Assembly: GCA_030649305.1 (NCBI GenBank)
Contig: JAUSFV010000010.1
Span: 1-50,058 of the forward strand
DNA length: 50,058 nucleotides
DNA from: a bacterium
GTDB lineage: Bacteria; Patescibacteriota; Minisyncoccia; Sungbacterales; GWA2-42-14
Direction: 5' to 3'
Shown here: positions 19,075-28,517 of the stretch, piece by piece
Numbering within the stretch: position 1 is the first letter of the stretch
Layout of the letters: every line of letters starts with the position of its first letter
The notes under the pieces: model-generated
Seen by the model: only the letters and a program-made list of their open reading frames with translations
Databases searched by the model: none
What the model was told of the DNA's origin: nothing
Position numbers and translations under genes: made by a program

Positions 19075-21774
19075 CTATAACTCCGCCCACGTCTTTCCCT
19101 CATGCGCGTCCACCGGAAACGGAACCGCGCCCTCAAAGCACGATTCCATAATTTTTTTAATTTCTGTTTTATAATGTTCTGATTTTTCTTCGCGCGCCTC
19201 AAAAATAAGTTCATCATGCACCTGCAAAAGCATCCGCAAATCCCCGCGCTTAAAATCTTCGGCAAACGCGGCCCAAATCCGTATCATGGCGCGCTTCAAA
19301 ATGTCCGCCGCCGTTCCCTGAATCGGCGCGTTTACCGCCATGCGCTCGGCTTCCGCCACTTCACGAAACCCGCCGGAAAAAAGCTGGGGCAAATACCGCC
19401 GCCTGCCGAATGCCGTCTCCACATACCCCTCGATGCGGGCTTTTTCTTTTGTCTCTGCAATATAATTCGCAATGCCCGAAAAATCGCTGAAATATTCGGA
19501 AAAAAACTTTTTTGCCTGTTCAAGCGGAATACCCGCACTCTCCGCAAACGAACGCACGCCCATGCCATAGAGAATTCCGAAGTTAAGCGCTTTTGCCGCA
19601 CGGCGCATCTCGGGCGTTACCTTTTCAATCGTCGTATCATTCACTTCCGCCGCGGTAAGCGTATGAATATCCATCCCGCGCGTGAACGCGTCAATCATCT
19701 TTTTGTCTCCCGCTAAATGTGCCGCAATCCGCAATTCCAATTGCGAATAATCAAACGCAAGAAAAGAAAAACCTTTTTCCGCAACAAACGCGGCGCGAAT
19801 TTCTTTGCCGCGCAGAGTTTTCGTAGGAATATTCTGTACATTGGGGTCAGATGAAGAAAGGCGCCCCGTAACGGTTCCTGTCTGGTGGAATGTCGTATGA
19901 ATTCTCCCGCCCAAGTCAACAAGCTTCGGAAGCGCCTCAATATACGTACTCTGTAGCTTTGCAAGTTCCCGATATTCAATAAGGAACGGAATGATGGGAT
20001 GTTCTTTCTGCATACGCGAAAGCTGGTCAATGTTGGTAGAAAGGCGTCCCGTTCCGGTTTTTTTTATGCGGGCACTCTTGCCAAGGCCAAGTTTCGTAAA
20101 AAGAATTTCCGAGAGCTGTTGCGAAGAATTGATATTAAATGATTCGCCGGCGTTCTTGTATATTTTTTCTTCAAGAATGCCTATCTCTTTTTTGGTTTTT
20201 TGCGAAAGTTTTAAAAGATACCCCGTATCAATCCCAATGCCCCAACGCTCCATTGCGGCAAGAATCACAGGAAGAGGCATTTCAAATTCTTCAAATATCC
20301 GGAGAAGCTGATTTTTTTCAAGATCATCTCGAAGGCGTCGGGCAATGCGCGGGAGAAGTGCAAGCAGGTCGCCCGTGCTTATATCAGCCACATCTTTTTG
20401 TAAAAACCACGACACAAGTTTTCCAAGCGAATAATCGCGCCTTCCGGGGTCTGCGATAAACCAAGCGAGCTTGCAATCAAAAAATGTTCCCCACCCCTCC
20501 GCAAACGGAGCTAATTTCAAAAACGCCTTAAGATCGTGCGTGATAAGGTCAACGCCTTTTGTCGCTGTAAAAAAATCTTCCGCCTCGCGGGAACGCAATA
20601 ATTTTTCCGGCACAGCGAAAAATTCCGAAGATCCCTCGGGCCTAAAGCCCGACCTAGTCCGACCGCGGACGGTCTCGGATGGCTCGGCCGTGTAGGGCAG
20701 AATAAAAAACGTTTTTGACGCCTCATCAAAAAGAAACGCGAGCCGCGTGCCGCGCAAGGAAGATACAGGAAGAAGATGCCAATCTTTGCCATTCGTAATT
20801 TTCACTTCTTTTTGTTTCGGCGCCTCCGTTTCTTTTTCAAAAAGCGTCGCCGGCCCCGGCGCTGTTCGCGTCTGTTCGTTTTCTGTTCGTGGCTGTTCGT
20901 GTAAACGTTTCAGAAAGCTCGAAAAGCCAAATTTTTCAAAAATAGGTTCGAGTTTGTCTTTATGAGATTGCATCCCCCGCCATTCGCCCTCTTCAAGCGT
21001 TACGGAAACGGGAGCGTCCCGCGCAATAAGCGCAAGTTCTTTTGAAATACGCGCGTTTTCTTCCCCCTCTTCAAGTTTTTTTCGTACAGAATCGGAAAAT
21101 GAAAATGCGCCCCTTTTTTTAAGAGCTTTGTAGGTATTTTCAACAGAGCCATATTTTTGCAAAAGTTCTGTTGCAATTTTTTCGCCAATTCCTTTAACTC
21201 CGGGGATATTATCCGAGGGGTCGCCCCGGAGCCCCTTATAATCCACAAGCATCTCGGGCCCGAAGCCAAACCGTTCGCGCACGGCTTTTTCATCATATAA
21301 AATCGTATCCGAAATGCCCTTTTTTAGGGTAAACACGGACACGCGCGGCCGCACGAGCTGGAGCGCGTCCAAATCGCCCGACACAATAACAACTTCATAA
21401 TCTTTCTTTTTTGAAAAACTTTCCGCGAGCGTCCCAATAACATCATCCGCCTCATACCCTTCTTTTTGAATGACCGGAATGCCAAATGCCTCAAGAATTT
21501 CGCGCACCATGGGAATTTGTGTGATAAGTTCATCCGGCGCTTTGGGGCGATGGGCCTTGTAGCGCTCATACGCAATATGGCGGAACGTTGGGCCCGGCAA
21601 GTCAAAGGCAGCAAACACAAAATCGGGTTCTAATTCCCCGAGCATTTTCAGAAGCATAGAGGTAAAACCGTATGCCGCCTGGCTTGGTTTGCCGTCGGGA
21701 GTGCGCAAACCCGGCAGCGCATGAAAGGCGCGATGGATAAGAGAATGGGAATCAATTAAGATAATGCGCTTCAC
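19075..21774 (-). CDS. polA: DNA polymerase I
   Basis: 5'-3' exonuclease (LIDSHSL, YEADDVIG, GDPSDN), TVTGRLSS, DYSQLELR, LQVHDEL. Start placed at GTG 21774, created by the MITE end. Confidence 0.95.
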   Translation of the reverse strand: MKRIILIDSHSLIHRAFHALPGLRTPDGKPSQAAYGFTSMLLKMLGELEPDFVFAAFDLPGPTFRHIAYERYKAHRPKAPDELITQIPMVREILEAFGIPVIQKEGYEADDVIGTLAESFSKKKDYEVVIVSGDLDALQLVRPRVSVFTLKKGISDTILYDEKAVRERFGFGPEMLVDYKGLRGDPSDNIPGVKGIGEKIATELLQKYGSVENTYKALKKRGAFSFSDSVRKKLEEGEENARISKELALIARDAPVSVTLEEGEWRGMQSHKDKLEPIFEKFGFSSFLKRLHEQPRTENEQTRTAPGPATLFEKETEAPKQKEVKITNGKDWHLLPVSSLRGTRLAFLFDEASKTFFILPYTAEPSETVRGRTRSGFRPEGSSEFFAVPEKLLRSREAEDFFTATKGVDLITHDLKAFLKLAPFAEGWGTFFDCKLAWFIADPGRRDYSLGKLVSWFLQKDVADISTGDLLALLPRIARRLRDDLEKNQLLRIFEEFEMPLPVILAAMERWGIGIDTGYLLKLSQKTKKEIGILEEKIYKNAGESFNINSSQQLSEILFTKLGLGKSARIKKTGTGRLSTNIDQLSRMQKEHPIIPFLIEYRELAKLQSTYIEALPKLVDLGGRIHTTFHQTGTVTGRLSSSDPNVQNIPTKTLRGKEIRAAFVAEKGFSFLAFDYSQLELRIAAHLAGDKKMIDAFTRGMDIHTLTAAEVNDTTIEKVTPEMRRAAKALNFGILYGMGVRSFAESAGIPLEQAKKFFSEYFSDFSGIANYIAETKEKARIEGYVETAFGRRRYLPQLFSGGFREVAEAERMAVNAPIQGTAADILKRAMIRIWAAFAEDFKRGDLRMLLQVHDELIFEAREEKSEHYKTEIKKIMESCFEGAVPFPVDAHEGKTWAEL
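20633..20688. repeat. GC-rich palindromic in-frame insertion in polA
   Basis: CCCTCGGGCCTAAAGCCCGA...GTCCGACCGCGGAC...CTCGG, read as AEPSETVRGRTRSGFRPEG. Confidence 0.55.
20861..20902. repeat. in-frame CTGTTCG(C/T) ~10-mer repeat in the polA linker
   Basis: Four units encoding HEQPRTENEQTRTA. Same family as 39606-39700 and 47978-48018. Confidence 0.75.
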
Positions 21775-21872
21775 CCCGTTAGAAATCACCTTTATATGAC
21801 TGGGACCAGCCAATTTCAGATGACAAAACTTAATGCGATAAACACCCCGCAAACTAAAAATTTCTAACGGGG
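21774..21872. mobile_element. MITE-like element, CCCCGTTAGA family, copy 2 (99 bp), in the tsaE/polA junction
   Basis: TIRs CCCCGTTAGAAAT / ATTTCTAACGGGG. TTCA duplicated at 21770-21773 and 21873-21876. Confidence 0.88.
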
Positions 21873-21873
21873 T

Positions 21874-22314
21874 TCATAAAACTTTTAACTTTCGTTCGTT
21901 AGATTTTTTTCCATGATGAAAAGAAATGCGAACAATGCTTTTGGGTAATATTTTTTTAATCCTCTCCGCCCATTCAATCACAACGATACTGTGCGGGTCT
22001 TTAAAAATTTCTTTAACGCCGAGGTGTAAAAGTTCTTTCGACGACTTAATCCGATAACAATCAATATGAACAAGGTGCCGCGCTTTGCCGAATGGATACA
22101 CGTTCATCAACACGAATGTCGGACTTTTCGGAATATCTTTAATACCAAGCCCCCGTGCAAATCCCTGTGCGAACGTAGTTTTTCCCGAACCGAGATTTCC
22201 TTCAAGCGCTACGACAAACGCCCCCGTTTTGTGGGGGGTTTTTTTGATTTCCTTGGCAAGGGCGGAGGCGATGTTTTTTGTTTGAGAAGCGCTGTGGGTA
22301 GTGATTTCAATCAT
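21874..22314 (-). CDS. tsaE: tRNA t6A biosynthesis ATPase TsaE
   Basis: LEGNLGSGKTTF, SPTF, HIDCYR, IEWAE. Start at ATG 22314. Confidence 0.93.
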   Translation of the reverse strand: MIEITTHSASQTKNIASALAKEIKKTPHKTGAFVVALEGNLGSGKTTFAQGFARGLGIKDIPKSPTFVLMNVYPFGKARHLVHIDCYRIKSSKELLHLGVKEIFKDPHSIVVIEWAERIKKILPKSIVRISFHHGKKSNERKLKVL

Positions 22315-22320
22315 AAAGCA

Positions 22321-22424
22321 ATGATGCCAATCCGATACGAATGCCATGCGAATTTGGCGAATTGCAAATCGGATAGCGTATTCGCAATTTGTAGATTGGC
22401 ATTTCATTTGTAGATTAGCATCAT
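22321..22424. repeat. CGAAT/ATTCG tandem-repeat hairpin upstream of tsaE
   Basis: Closed by ATGATGCCAATC / GATTAGCATCAT, with internal gcgaat and tttgtagatt repeats. Confidence 0.7.
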
Positions 22425-22498
22425 TTTTAGCGTAACAAAAAAAACGGGGCAGCGCATCCGTGATTGATGACAACTGCCCCATATTCGCATTCACAACC

Positions 22499-22933
22499 TT
22501 AGTGGCCGGAATTTTCGAGAGAACGGCCGAAGTTTTCGCCGTCCTCCCAGACCCGCCGGTCGTGTTCGAGCCGACTAGCGGCTAGCCCCGTACTGTGGCG
22601 TCGGTAATTCTCGAAGGTATGACTACGATAGCCATGCCTGGTGGAACTACTCAGGTAGCCGTACGCGCCGTTCCGGCACGTTGCGTAGTCGCGGCCCGAA
22701 TACCGCGAGCCGCAATACTCCGCGATTTTACGGGAGGCCTCTGTCACGTGGATAGTATCATACCCGGTGACAACCTCCACTACCCCGCCCAGTACCGCGA
22801 AGGGTAGCGCCACGGCCATATCAATCAACCCGGGAGCGCCGCGCCGCGACATCGTTGTCGCGCATCCCGTCAAACCAAAGAGGGTCATGACGACAACCAA
22901 AACGACCAACTGCGGACTTAGATCTCTCACCAT
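22499..22933 (-). CDS. hypothetical lipoprotein
   Basis: Hydrophobic signal with LTGC lipobox and an AAGGAG SD. Confidence 0.65.
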   Translation of the reverse strand: MVRDLSPQLVVLVVVMTLFGLTGCATTMSRRGAPGLIDMAVALPFAVLGGVVEVVTGYDTIHVTEASRKIAEYCGSRYSGRDYATCRNGAYGYLSSSTRHGYRSHTFENYRRHSTGLAASRLEHDRRVWEDGENFGRSLENSGH

Positions 22934-23061
22934 TTTTCACTCCTTTCGCGCCGTATTAACGACGTAGCAATGACATCGTGAACATACATCGCACACATCG
23001 CAAACGCGAACGCGCCGCCGATAACCACAAGCGTGTTGATGTTAGCCCAGTCCCAGTTCAT
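22927..23061 (-). CDS. small 44-aa membrane protein (absent from the ORF track)
   Basis: MNWDWANINTLVVIGGAFAFAMCAMYVHDVIATSLIRRERSEKW. GGAGGA SD. Overlaps the lipoprotein start. Confidence 0.55.
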   Translation of the reverse strand: MNWDWANINTLVVIGGAFAFAMCAMYVHDVIATSLIRRERSEKW

Positions 23062-23136
23062 TGATTCTCCTCCCTTACGATTTATTGGCCGAAACACTCA
23101 TATCACGAACTGAAAAAGACCAACTTTCCTATATTT

Positions 23137-23165
23137 ATTATACTCTATTTTTCTTAAAAAGTCAA
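23137..23165 (-). promoter_or_regulatory. sigma70 promoter
   Basis: TTGACT-17 nt-TATAAT on the minus strand, upstream of the 44-aa ORF. Confidence 0.7.
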
Positions 23166-23323
23166 GCTTTCCGCCCCGCCAAGTCTAAAGCTGATTGAAG
23201 TCGGACTTCGATCAAGAACGCCACTGAAGTTATCCCCATCCCGCCTTGACCCCCTCCTCCGCCTGCGCTACGAATGAACCCAGAGACTACAAGCTAGCGG
23301 CTAGGAGCTAGATATCACACCCC

Positions 23324-24457
23324 ATGAATGAACAAACGTTGAAATTCATCCGTTCTGCGAAAAAAATCGCAATTGTAATCGCTGATGAAGCGTCGGGCGA
23401 CCAGATTGGAGCCGCTCTCGGACTTTTGAATTCTCTGAATGCGGCGGGTAAAAAAGCGGAGTTCTTTTTTACAAACGAACTGCCGCCGCAATTTTTATTT
23501 TTGGCACCCTACTTTCCCGAAGAGGAGCCCGACGCCGAGAGCGCCGACTCGCTTCGGGATTTTGTTATTTCGCTTGACGCGAAAAAGCACGGCATTGAAG
23601 AAATACGCTACGAAAAAAATGGCGATACGCTTTCTATTATTCTTGGCGCCAGACAGGGCGTCTCTTCCGCGGATATCGCGATAGAAGCGGCGGATGATTA
23701 CGACCTCATCGTTTCGTTCGGCATCCCGAAACGCGAAAAGTTTCTGACAAAAGCGGGGACGAACGCATCAGGGATGGCGCGCACGCCCATACTTCTTCTC
23801 GCGCGGGAAGATATAAAAGAACATGATGCGGGTGCGGTACTCGCCGATATTTCAAAATCGTCATGGTGCGAACTTGTGTGGGACTTACTTGTTGCCGCAA
23901 ACAACAAAAAGGAAATTGCTGAAGCCGCCGCAACTCCTCTCCTTGCGGGGCTCTTTGCCGCAACCAACAACCTTCGATCACCGGATACCACCGTGGCATC
24001 GGCGGAGTTCGCGTCTCTCCTGGTCAAACACGGAGCGAAGCGCGAACTCATTCGAGAACACCTTGAACCGCCGAAAGAAACCTCCTTACATCTTATGCAA
24101 TTGTGGGGGCGCGCGCTTTCGCGCTCACGGATGGACGAAGAGACAAACATTCTTTGGTCATTTCTTCCTGCGGAGGATTTTCTCAAAACCGGCTCTACTT
24201 CAAAAGACCTCCCCCATGTTTTCTCACAAATGGAACACGCGGTTTCTTCTCCGCGCGGCTTTCTCTATGTTTTTGAAAATCCCCACAAAAACCACATTCG
24301 CGCGATTTTAAAATCAAAAGACAACATGCTTCTTGCCCGCGCCGCAGAATATGAGGCGGGCGACCTTTCCTCGGACGCTTTGATCCTTCACAAATCATTT
24401 ACGAGCTTCGCCGGGGCGGAAGAACATCTTCGCACTCTCCTCGCAAAAGTACTATAA
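23324..24457 (+). CDS. degenerate DHH/NrnA-like family protein
   Basis: N-terminal GDQIGAALG and A..LLAGL.AATN.LRSP resemble the DHH family, but the DHH triad is absent. Confidence 0.6.
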   Translation: MNEQTLKFIRSAKKIAIVIADEASGDQIGAALGLLNSLNAAGKKAEFFFTNELPPQFLFLAPYFPEEEPDAESADSLRDFVISLDAKKHGIEEIRYEKNGDTLSIILGARQGVSSADIAIEAADDYDLIVSFGIPKREKFLTKAGTNASGMARTPILLLAREDIKEHDAGAVLADISKSSWCELVWDLLVAANNKKEIAEAAATPLLAGLFAATNNLRSPDTTVASAEFASLLVKHGAKRELIREHLEPPKETSLHLMQLWGRALSRSRMDEETNILWSFLPAEDFLKTGSTSKDLPHVFSQMEHAVSSPRGFLYVFENPHKNHIRAILKSKDNMLLARAAEYEAGDLSSDALILHKSFTSFAGAEEHLRTLLAKVL

Positions 24458-24466
24458 TAAGGAGGA

Positions 24467-24554
24467 GAAGCCACAACGACGCTAAAAGATACGCCACAAA
24501 AACGCTATTGGCGTAATTTCTGGCGTAGTCGGTGGCGTACTGTTGGCTTCTACG
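24467..24554. repeat. ACGC(C/T)A / TGGCGT repeat hairpin before pilB
   Basis: Closed by GAAGCCA / TGGCTTC, with three units per arm. Confidence 0.7.
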
Positions 24555-24558
24555 AAAC

Positions 24559-26220
24559 ATGATCCAATTCGCCGAAGAGCGACAACAAAAAAAACTTTCC
24601 GATTTACGGAAAAAAGAGGAGGAAGAAACCGTAAAAATTCTTTCGGGGAAATATAATATCCCCTATTTGAATCTTGCCACAATCCCAATTAATATGGACG
24701 CGCTTAAGCTTATCGCCGAACCGGACGCGAAAACCGCAGAGCTCGCCGTCATCCAAAAAATCGGCAAAACGCTTCAAATTGCCACACGAAATCCCGAAAA
24801 AACGGGGGTAAAAGCGATTTTAAAAAAACTTACAGATGAACGCTATGAATACCAGCTCTTTCTCGTATCTTCCACCAGCTTACAAAAAGCATGGGAGACC
24901 TACAAAAAAATACCCAAAGATGACGGCGTTATCGGAGGAGAAATTACTATTTCTCCCGAGCGGCTTGAAGAATTTCAAACGAAAGTTTCCAAAACATCCG
25001 ACATCCAAACGCTTCTTGAATCGGTTCTGCATCAGCGCATTACGGATGTCCTTGAAATTATCATCGCGGGAGCCGTTAAGCTTGATGCATCCGACATCCA
25101 TATTGAACCACAAGAGGATGCAACGCTCATCCGCTATCGCCTGGACGGAACGCTCTATGACTTGGCGCGGATACCGGCGAAACACTACAAATTTTTACTC
25201 TCGCGCGTCAAGCTCATCTCGGACATGAAGCTCAATATTCATGAGCGGGGACAGGACGGCAGATTCACTATCCGAAAGGGCGGCGTTGATGTGGAAGTCC
25301 GCACCTCTACGCTCCCGGGCCCGAACGGAGAAAATATGGTGCTCCGAATTCTTGACCCAAAAAACATAGCGCTATCCATGAAAGAACTCGGCATGCAGCC
25401 TCATATTGAGGAGAAAATGCTGAAAGAAATAGGAAAGCCAAACGGCATGATTTTGACCACCGGCCCTACGGGTTCCGGAAAAACCACAACACTCTACGCG
25501 TTCTTGAAACAAGTCAATAAACCCGGCGTAAAAATTATTACCATTGAAGACCCGATTGAGTATCATCTAACCGGCCTTGAACAGACACAAGTAGAGCCGG
25601 ACAAGGGGTATGATTTTGCAAATGGCCTCAAATCCATTCTGCGACAAGACCCGGATATTATTTTGGTGGGCGAGATCAGGGATTTGGAAACTGCGGAGAT
25701 CGCGATGCACGCGGCACTCACGGGGCACCTTGTATTCTCAACCCTCCACACCAATAATGCCGCAGGAACCATTCCGCGCCTCATTGACCTTGGGGTAAAA
25801 CCAAACATTATAGCGCCGGCAATTAATCTTACGATGGCCCAGCGCCTCCTGCGAAAACTCTGTGAGGGCTGCAAACAATCATACACCCCGACCAAAGAAG
25901 AAGAAAAAGAGGTGAAAGAAGCGATTGCCCACGTGCCTGAACCCATACGCCCTAAAATCCCGAAGGTTTTGTACCGCGCAAAAGAAGGAGGATGCGAGGC
26001 ATGCAACAGTATTGGCTATAAAGGACGGGTTGGCATATTTGAAATCATCGGCGTTGATGACACGATTGAAAAATTGATTATCTCCTCTCCCTCGGAAGGC
26101 GATATAAAAAAAGCCGCGCTGGCACAGGGCGAACTTATGATGCGGGATGACGGTGTTTTAAAAATCGTCGCGGGCGTTACCGATTTCGCGGAATTAAATA
26201 AAGCGGTGGGAGAGGAATAA
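24559..26220 (+). CDS. type IV pilus / type II secretion ATPase (PilB/GspE family)
   Basis: ASDIHIEP, GPTGSGKTT, TIEDPIE, LRQDPD, GHLVFSTLH, two CxxC. Start at ATG 24559. Confidence 0.93.
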   Translation: MIQFAEERQQKKLSDLRKKEEEETVKILSGKYNIPYLNLATIPINMDALKLIAEPDAKTAELAVIQKIGKTLQIATRNPEKTGVKAILKKLTDERYEYQLFLVSSTSLQKAWETYKKIPKDDGVIGGEITISPERLEEFQTKVSKTSDIQTLLESVLHQRITDVLEIIIAGAVKLDASDIHIEPQEDATLIRYRLDGTLYDLARIPAKHYKFLLSRVKLISDMKLNIHERGQDGRFTIRKGGVDVEVRTSTLPGPNGENMVLRILDPKNIALSMKELGMQPHIEEKMLKEIGKPNGMILTTGPTGSGKTTTLYAFLKQVNKPGVKIITIEDPIEYHLTGLEQTQVEPDKGYDFANGLKSILRQDPDIILVGEIRDLETAEIAMHAALTGHLVFSTLHTNNAAGTIPRLIDLGVKPNIIAPAINLTMAQRLLRKLCEGCKQSYTPTKEEEKEVKEAIAHVPEPIRPKIPKVLYRAKEGGCEACNSIGYKGRVGIFEIIGVDDTIEKLIISSPSEGDIKKAALAQGELMMRDDGVLKIVAGVTDFAELNKAVGEE

Positions 26221-26221
26221 A

Positions 26222-26689
26222 ATGAAAAAACTTTCCTGGAAACAAGCCGAAAAATTAATCGAAAAACTCGGGGGCAAAATAAAAAAGGACCGCTTCAAGC
26301 CCGATTATATTATTGGGATAACAACCGGTGGGTTAATTCCCCTGTATTTTCTCGCAAAACAACTGGATATTAATAACATCCTTACTATCTCTGCAAGTTC
26401 CTACGAAAAAAACAAAAGAAAGAAAAAAACAACAATCACCTACCTGCCCAGAATAAATTTAAAGAATCAGAGGGTCCTCCTGGTTGATGAGGTCGCCGAA
26501 ACGGGCAAAACGTTAAAAAAAATAACAAAAGTCGTAATAAAAAAATATAAACCAAGAGAAATTAAAACCGCAACGATTGCAATCCACCAGGAGAAATGCG
26601 CCCCGAAACCCAACTACTGGATTATAGCAACACGCGAATGGTTGGTTTTCCCATGGGAGAAAAAAGATTTCCCTGAATATTTCCGATAA
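26222..26689 (+). CDS. phosphoribosyltransferase (Gpt/Hpt-like)
   Basis: GGLIP, PRPP motif VLLVDEVAETGKT, WLVFPWE. Confidence 0.85.
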   Translation: MKKLSWKQAEKLIEKLGGKIKKDRFKPDYIIGITTGGLIPLYFLAKQLDINNILTISASSYEKNKRKKKTTITYLPRINLKNQRVLLVDEVAETGKTLKKITKVVIKKYKPREIKTATIAIHQEKCAPKPNYWIIATREWLVFPWEKKDFPEYFR

Positions 26690-26709
26690 ACCCTGCCACC
26701 CCAAATGAA

Positions 26710-26900
26710 GTGCCTAGCGGAAATTTTTGCATTAAGGAGCTTTGATAACAAATTTACGAGCGACTGAGCAAGATCGGAAAAATTGTTGTGTGAATCCCCC
26801 GACGCGTGTCGGAGTTGAGTACAATTTTTCCGAGCTATCTTGCGACGGGCGCGAGGAAAATTTGTTCAAAGCGACGCCTGAAAAAATTTCCGCTAGGCAC
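26710..26900. mobile_element. 191-bp rod-like palindromic element (MITE-like)
   Basis: Perfect 19-bp TIR GTGCCTAGCGGAAATTTTT / AAAAATTTCCGCTAGGCAC plus nested complementary blocks. Confidence 0.7.
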
Positions 26901-26907
26901 GAAAAAA

Positions 26908-27058
26908 CCACTCACCTCGAGGCAATTACCCCGGTCTAGGAACGCGGGGGTCAGGATTTTCCCGTGGCACACTCCAGTCGAAACCAGCGTGCCCAGCGTT
27001 AAAAAATCCCCATTAAGGCCAAATGGTATTAAAACCTTAATTGCCTCGAGATGAGTGG
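26908..27058. mobile_element. 151-bp TIR element (MITE-like)
   Basis: TIR CCACTCACCTCGAGGCAATTA / TAATTGCCTCGAGATGAGTGG (20/21). Confidence 0.7.
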
Positions 27059-27183
27059 CTAAAAGCAAATTTCAGTATAAGAAATTGCTTTAAAAACAAA
27101 TAAAAAGGCGGGCTTTTTCACTATTCCCTCCTTTCCTTTTTATTATTGATTTTCTTACTACATTATAGCAATATAAAAATATA

Positions 27184-28218
27184 ATGTCAAGAGACCCCAA
27201 AGAACCTAAAATTAGCACAATTTCTCCTCCCGCGCAAGAAGAGGACCAAAATCTTGACCTCGCCCTTCGTCCAAAAAAATGGAACGAATATATTGGGCAG
27301 GAAAACGTCAAGGCGAACTTAAGCGTGCTTATTGAAGCGGCACAAAAACGAAAAGAGCCGATTGAGCACGTACTTCTCTATGGTCCGGCGGGGCTTGGCA
27401 AAACATCGCTTGCCTATTTGATCGCGCGCGAAATGAATACCAATATCCGCATCACCTCGGGTCCCGCGATTGAACGCGTCGGAGACCTCGCATCCATTCT
27501 CACAAATCTTATACCGGGAGACGTTCTCTTTATTGATGAGGCGCACCGGCTGAATAAAACTATTGAGGAGGTGCTCTATCCCGCGATGGAGTCGCGCACC
27601 ATTGACATCATCATCGGCAAGGGACCATCGGCCCGCACGATTCAGTTGGAACTCCCGCCCTTCACCCTTGTTGCCGCGACCACGCGCATCGGTATGCTCT
27701 CGGGACCCCTTCGTTCGCGCTTCGGCGGAACCTTCCGCCTTGATTTCTACACAGAAGAGGAAATTGGAAAAATTATTTCGCGCTCCGCGAAACTTCTTGG
27801 CGTTACCCTGAATGATGATGCGCGCTCCCTCATCGAAAAATCATCCCGCTTCACGCCGCGCGTCGCAAACCGGCTTCTGAAGCGCGTACGCGATTACGCG
27901 GAAGTCCACGGAACGGGAGTTATCACAAAAGAGATGGCGGAAAAAGCACTAGCACTTCTTGAGGTTGATGAACGGGGGCTTGAACCAACCGACCGCAGAA
28001 TTTTGCATGCCATTATCAATAAATTTCAGGGAGGGCCCGTCGGTTTACAAACCCTTGCCGCCGCGTCCGCCGAAGAAATAGAAACCATTGAAGAGGTCTA
28101 CGAACCCTATCTCATGCAAATCGGATTTTTGGAACGCACCCCGCGCGGGAGAGCCGTCACCAAATTAGCATATATGCATCTTGGTATAAAACCACCTGAG
28201 CAAAATAGATTGCTCTAA
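27184..28218 (+). CDS. ruvB: Holliday junction branch migration helicase RuvB
   Basis: [43 protein letters not shown]. Confidence 0.97.
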   Translation: MSRDPKEPKISTISPPAQEEDQNLDLALRPKKWNEYIGQENVKANLSVLIEAAQKRKEPIEHVLLYGPAGLGKTSLAYLIAREMNTNIRITSGPAIERVGDLASILTNLIPGDVLFIDEAHRLNKTIEEVLYPAMESRTIDIIIGKGPSARTIQLELPPFTLVAATTRIGMLSGPLRSRFGGTFRLDFYTEEEIGKIISRSAKLLGVTLNDDARSLIEKSSRFTPRVANRLLKRVRDYAEVHGTGVITKEMAEKALALLEVDERGLEPTDRRILHAIINKFQGGPVGLQTLAAASAEEIETIEEVYEPYLMQIGFLERTPRGRAVTKLAYMHLGIKPPEQNRLL

Positions 28219-28223
28219 ACCCG

Positions 28224-28306
28224 CCACAAATACACGAATGGGCACGAATGACACTAATAGAAAATCGTATTCGTGACATTCGTGAAAATTTTGTGTATTG
28301 GTGTCG
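28224..28306. repeat. CACGAAT/ATTCGTG tandem-repeat hairpin
   Basis: Left arm CACAAATACACGAATGGGCACGAATGACAC. Right arm ATTCGTGACATTCGTG...TTGTGTATTGGTGTCG. Confidence 0.8.
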
Positions 28307-28313
28307 AGTCAAA

Positions 28314-28517
28314 ATGTTTTTTCTTCTTCTTATCATCTCACTCGCCTTTCTCGGCCTTTTCAGTTTTCTCGCGTGGGCCTGCATGTACCATCTACGCCAA
28401 TATGCGCCAAACGGCTTGAGCACGCCCAATGTCGTTACTACGGCCTTTCTTTTGGTAACCTTGGCGCTTTTCATATTCGCAGTATGTTTTTTCTTCCAAA
28501 TAACGGGCTTTGTCTAA
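28314..28517 (+). CDS. small two-TM hypothetical protein
   Basis: MFFLLLII...YHLRQY...; two hydrophobic helices. Start moved past the repeat hairpin. Confidence 0.6.
   Translation: MFFLLLIISLAFLGLFSFLAWACMYHLRQYAPNGLSTPNVVTTAFLLVTLALFIFAVCFFFQITGFV

Noticed and set aside
21775-21852. N-terminal extensions in the ORF track for polA, and likewise lpdA, E2, ruvA, tsaE, pilB, ruvC, dnaA, rpmH and prgI
   Set aside because: They run through repeat elements or neighbouring genes, and family homology starts at the downstream codons used here.
26710-27058. RNase P RNA, tmRNA, SRP or tRNA
   Set aside because: The diagnostic conserved motifs of these RNAs were not found; the structure is a simple long inverted repeat.
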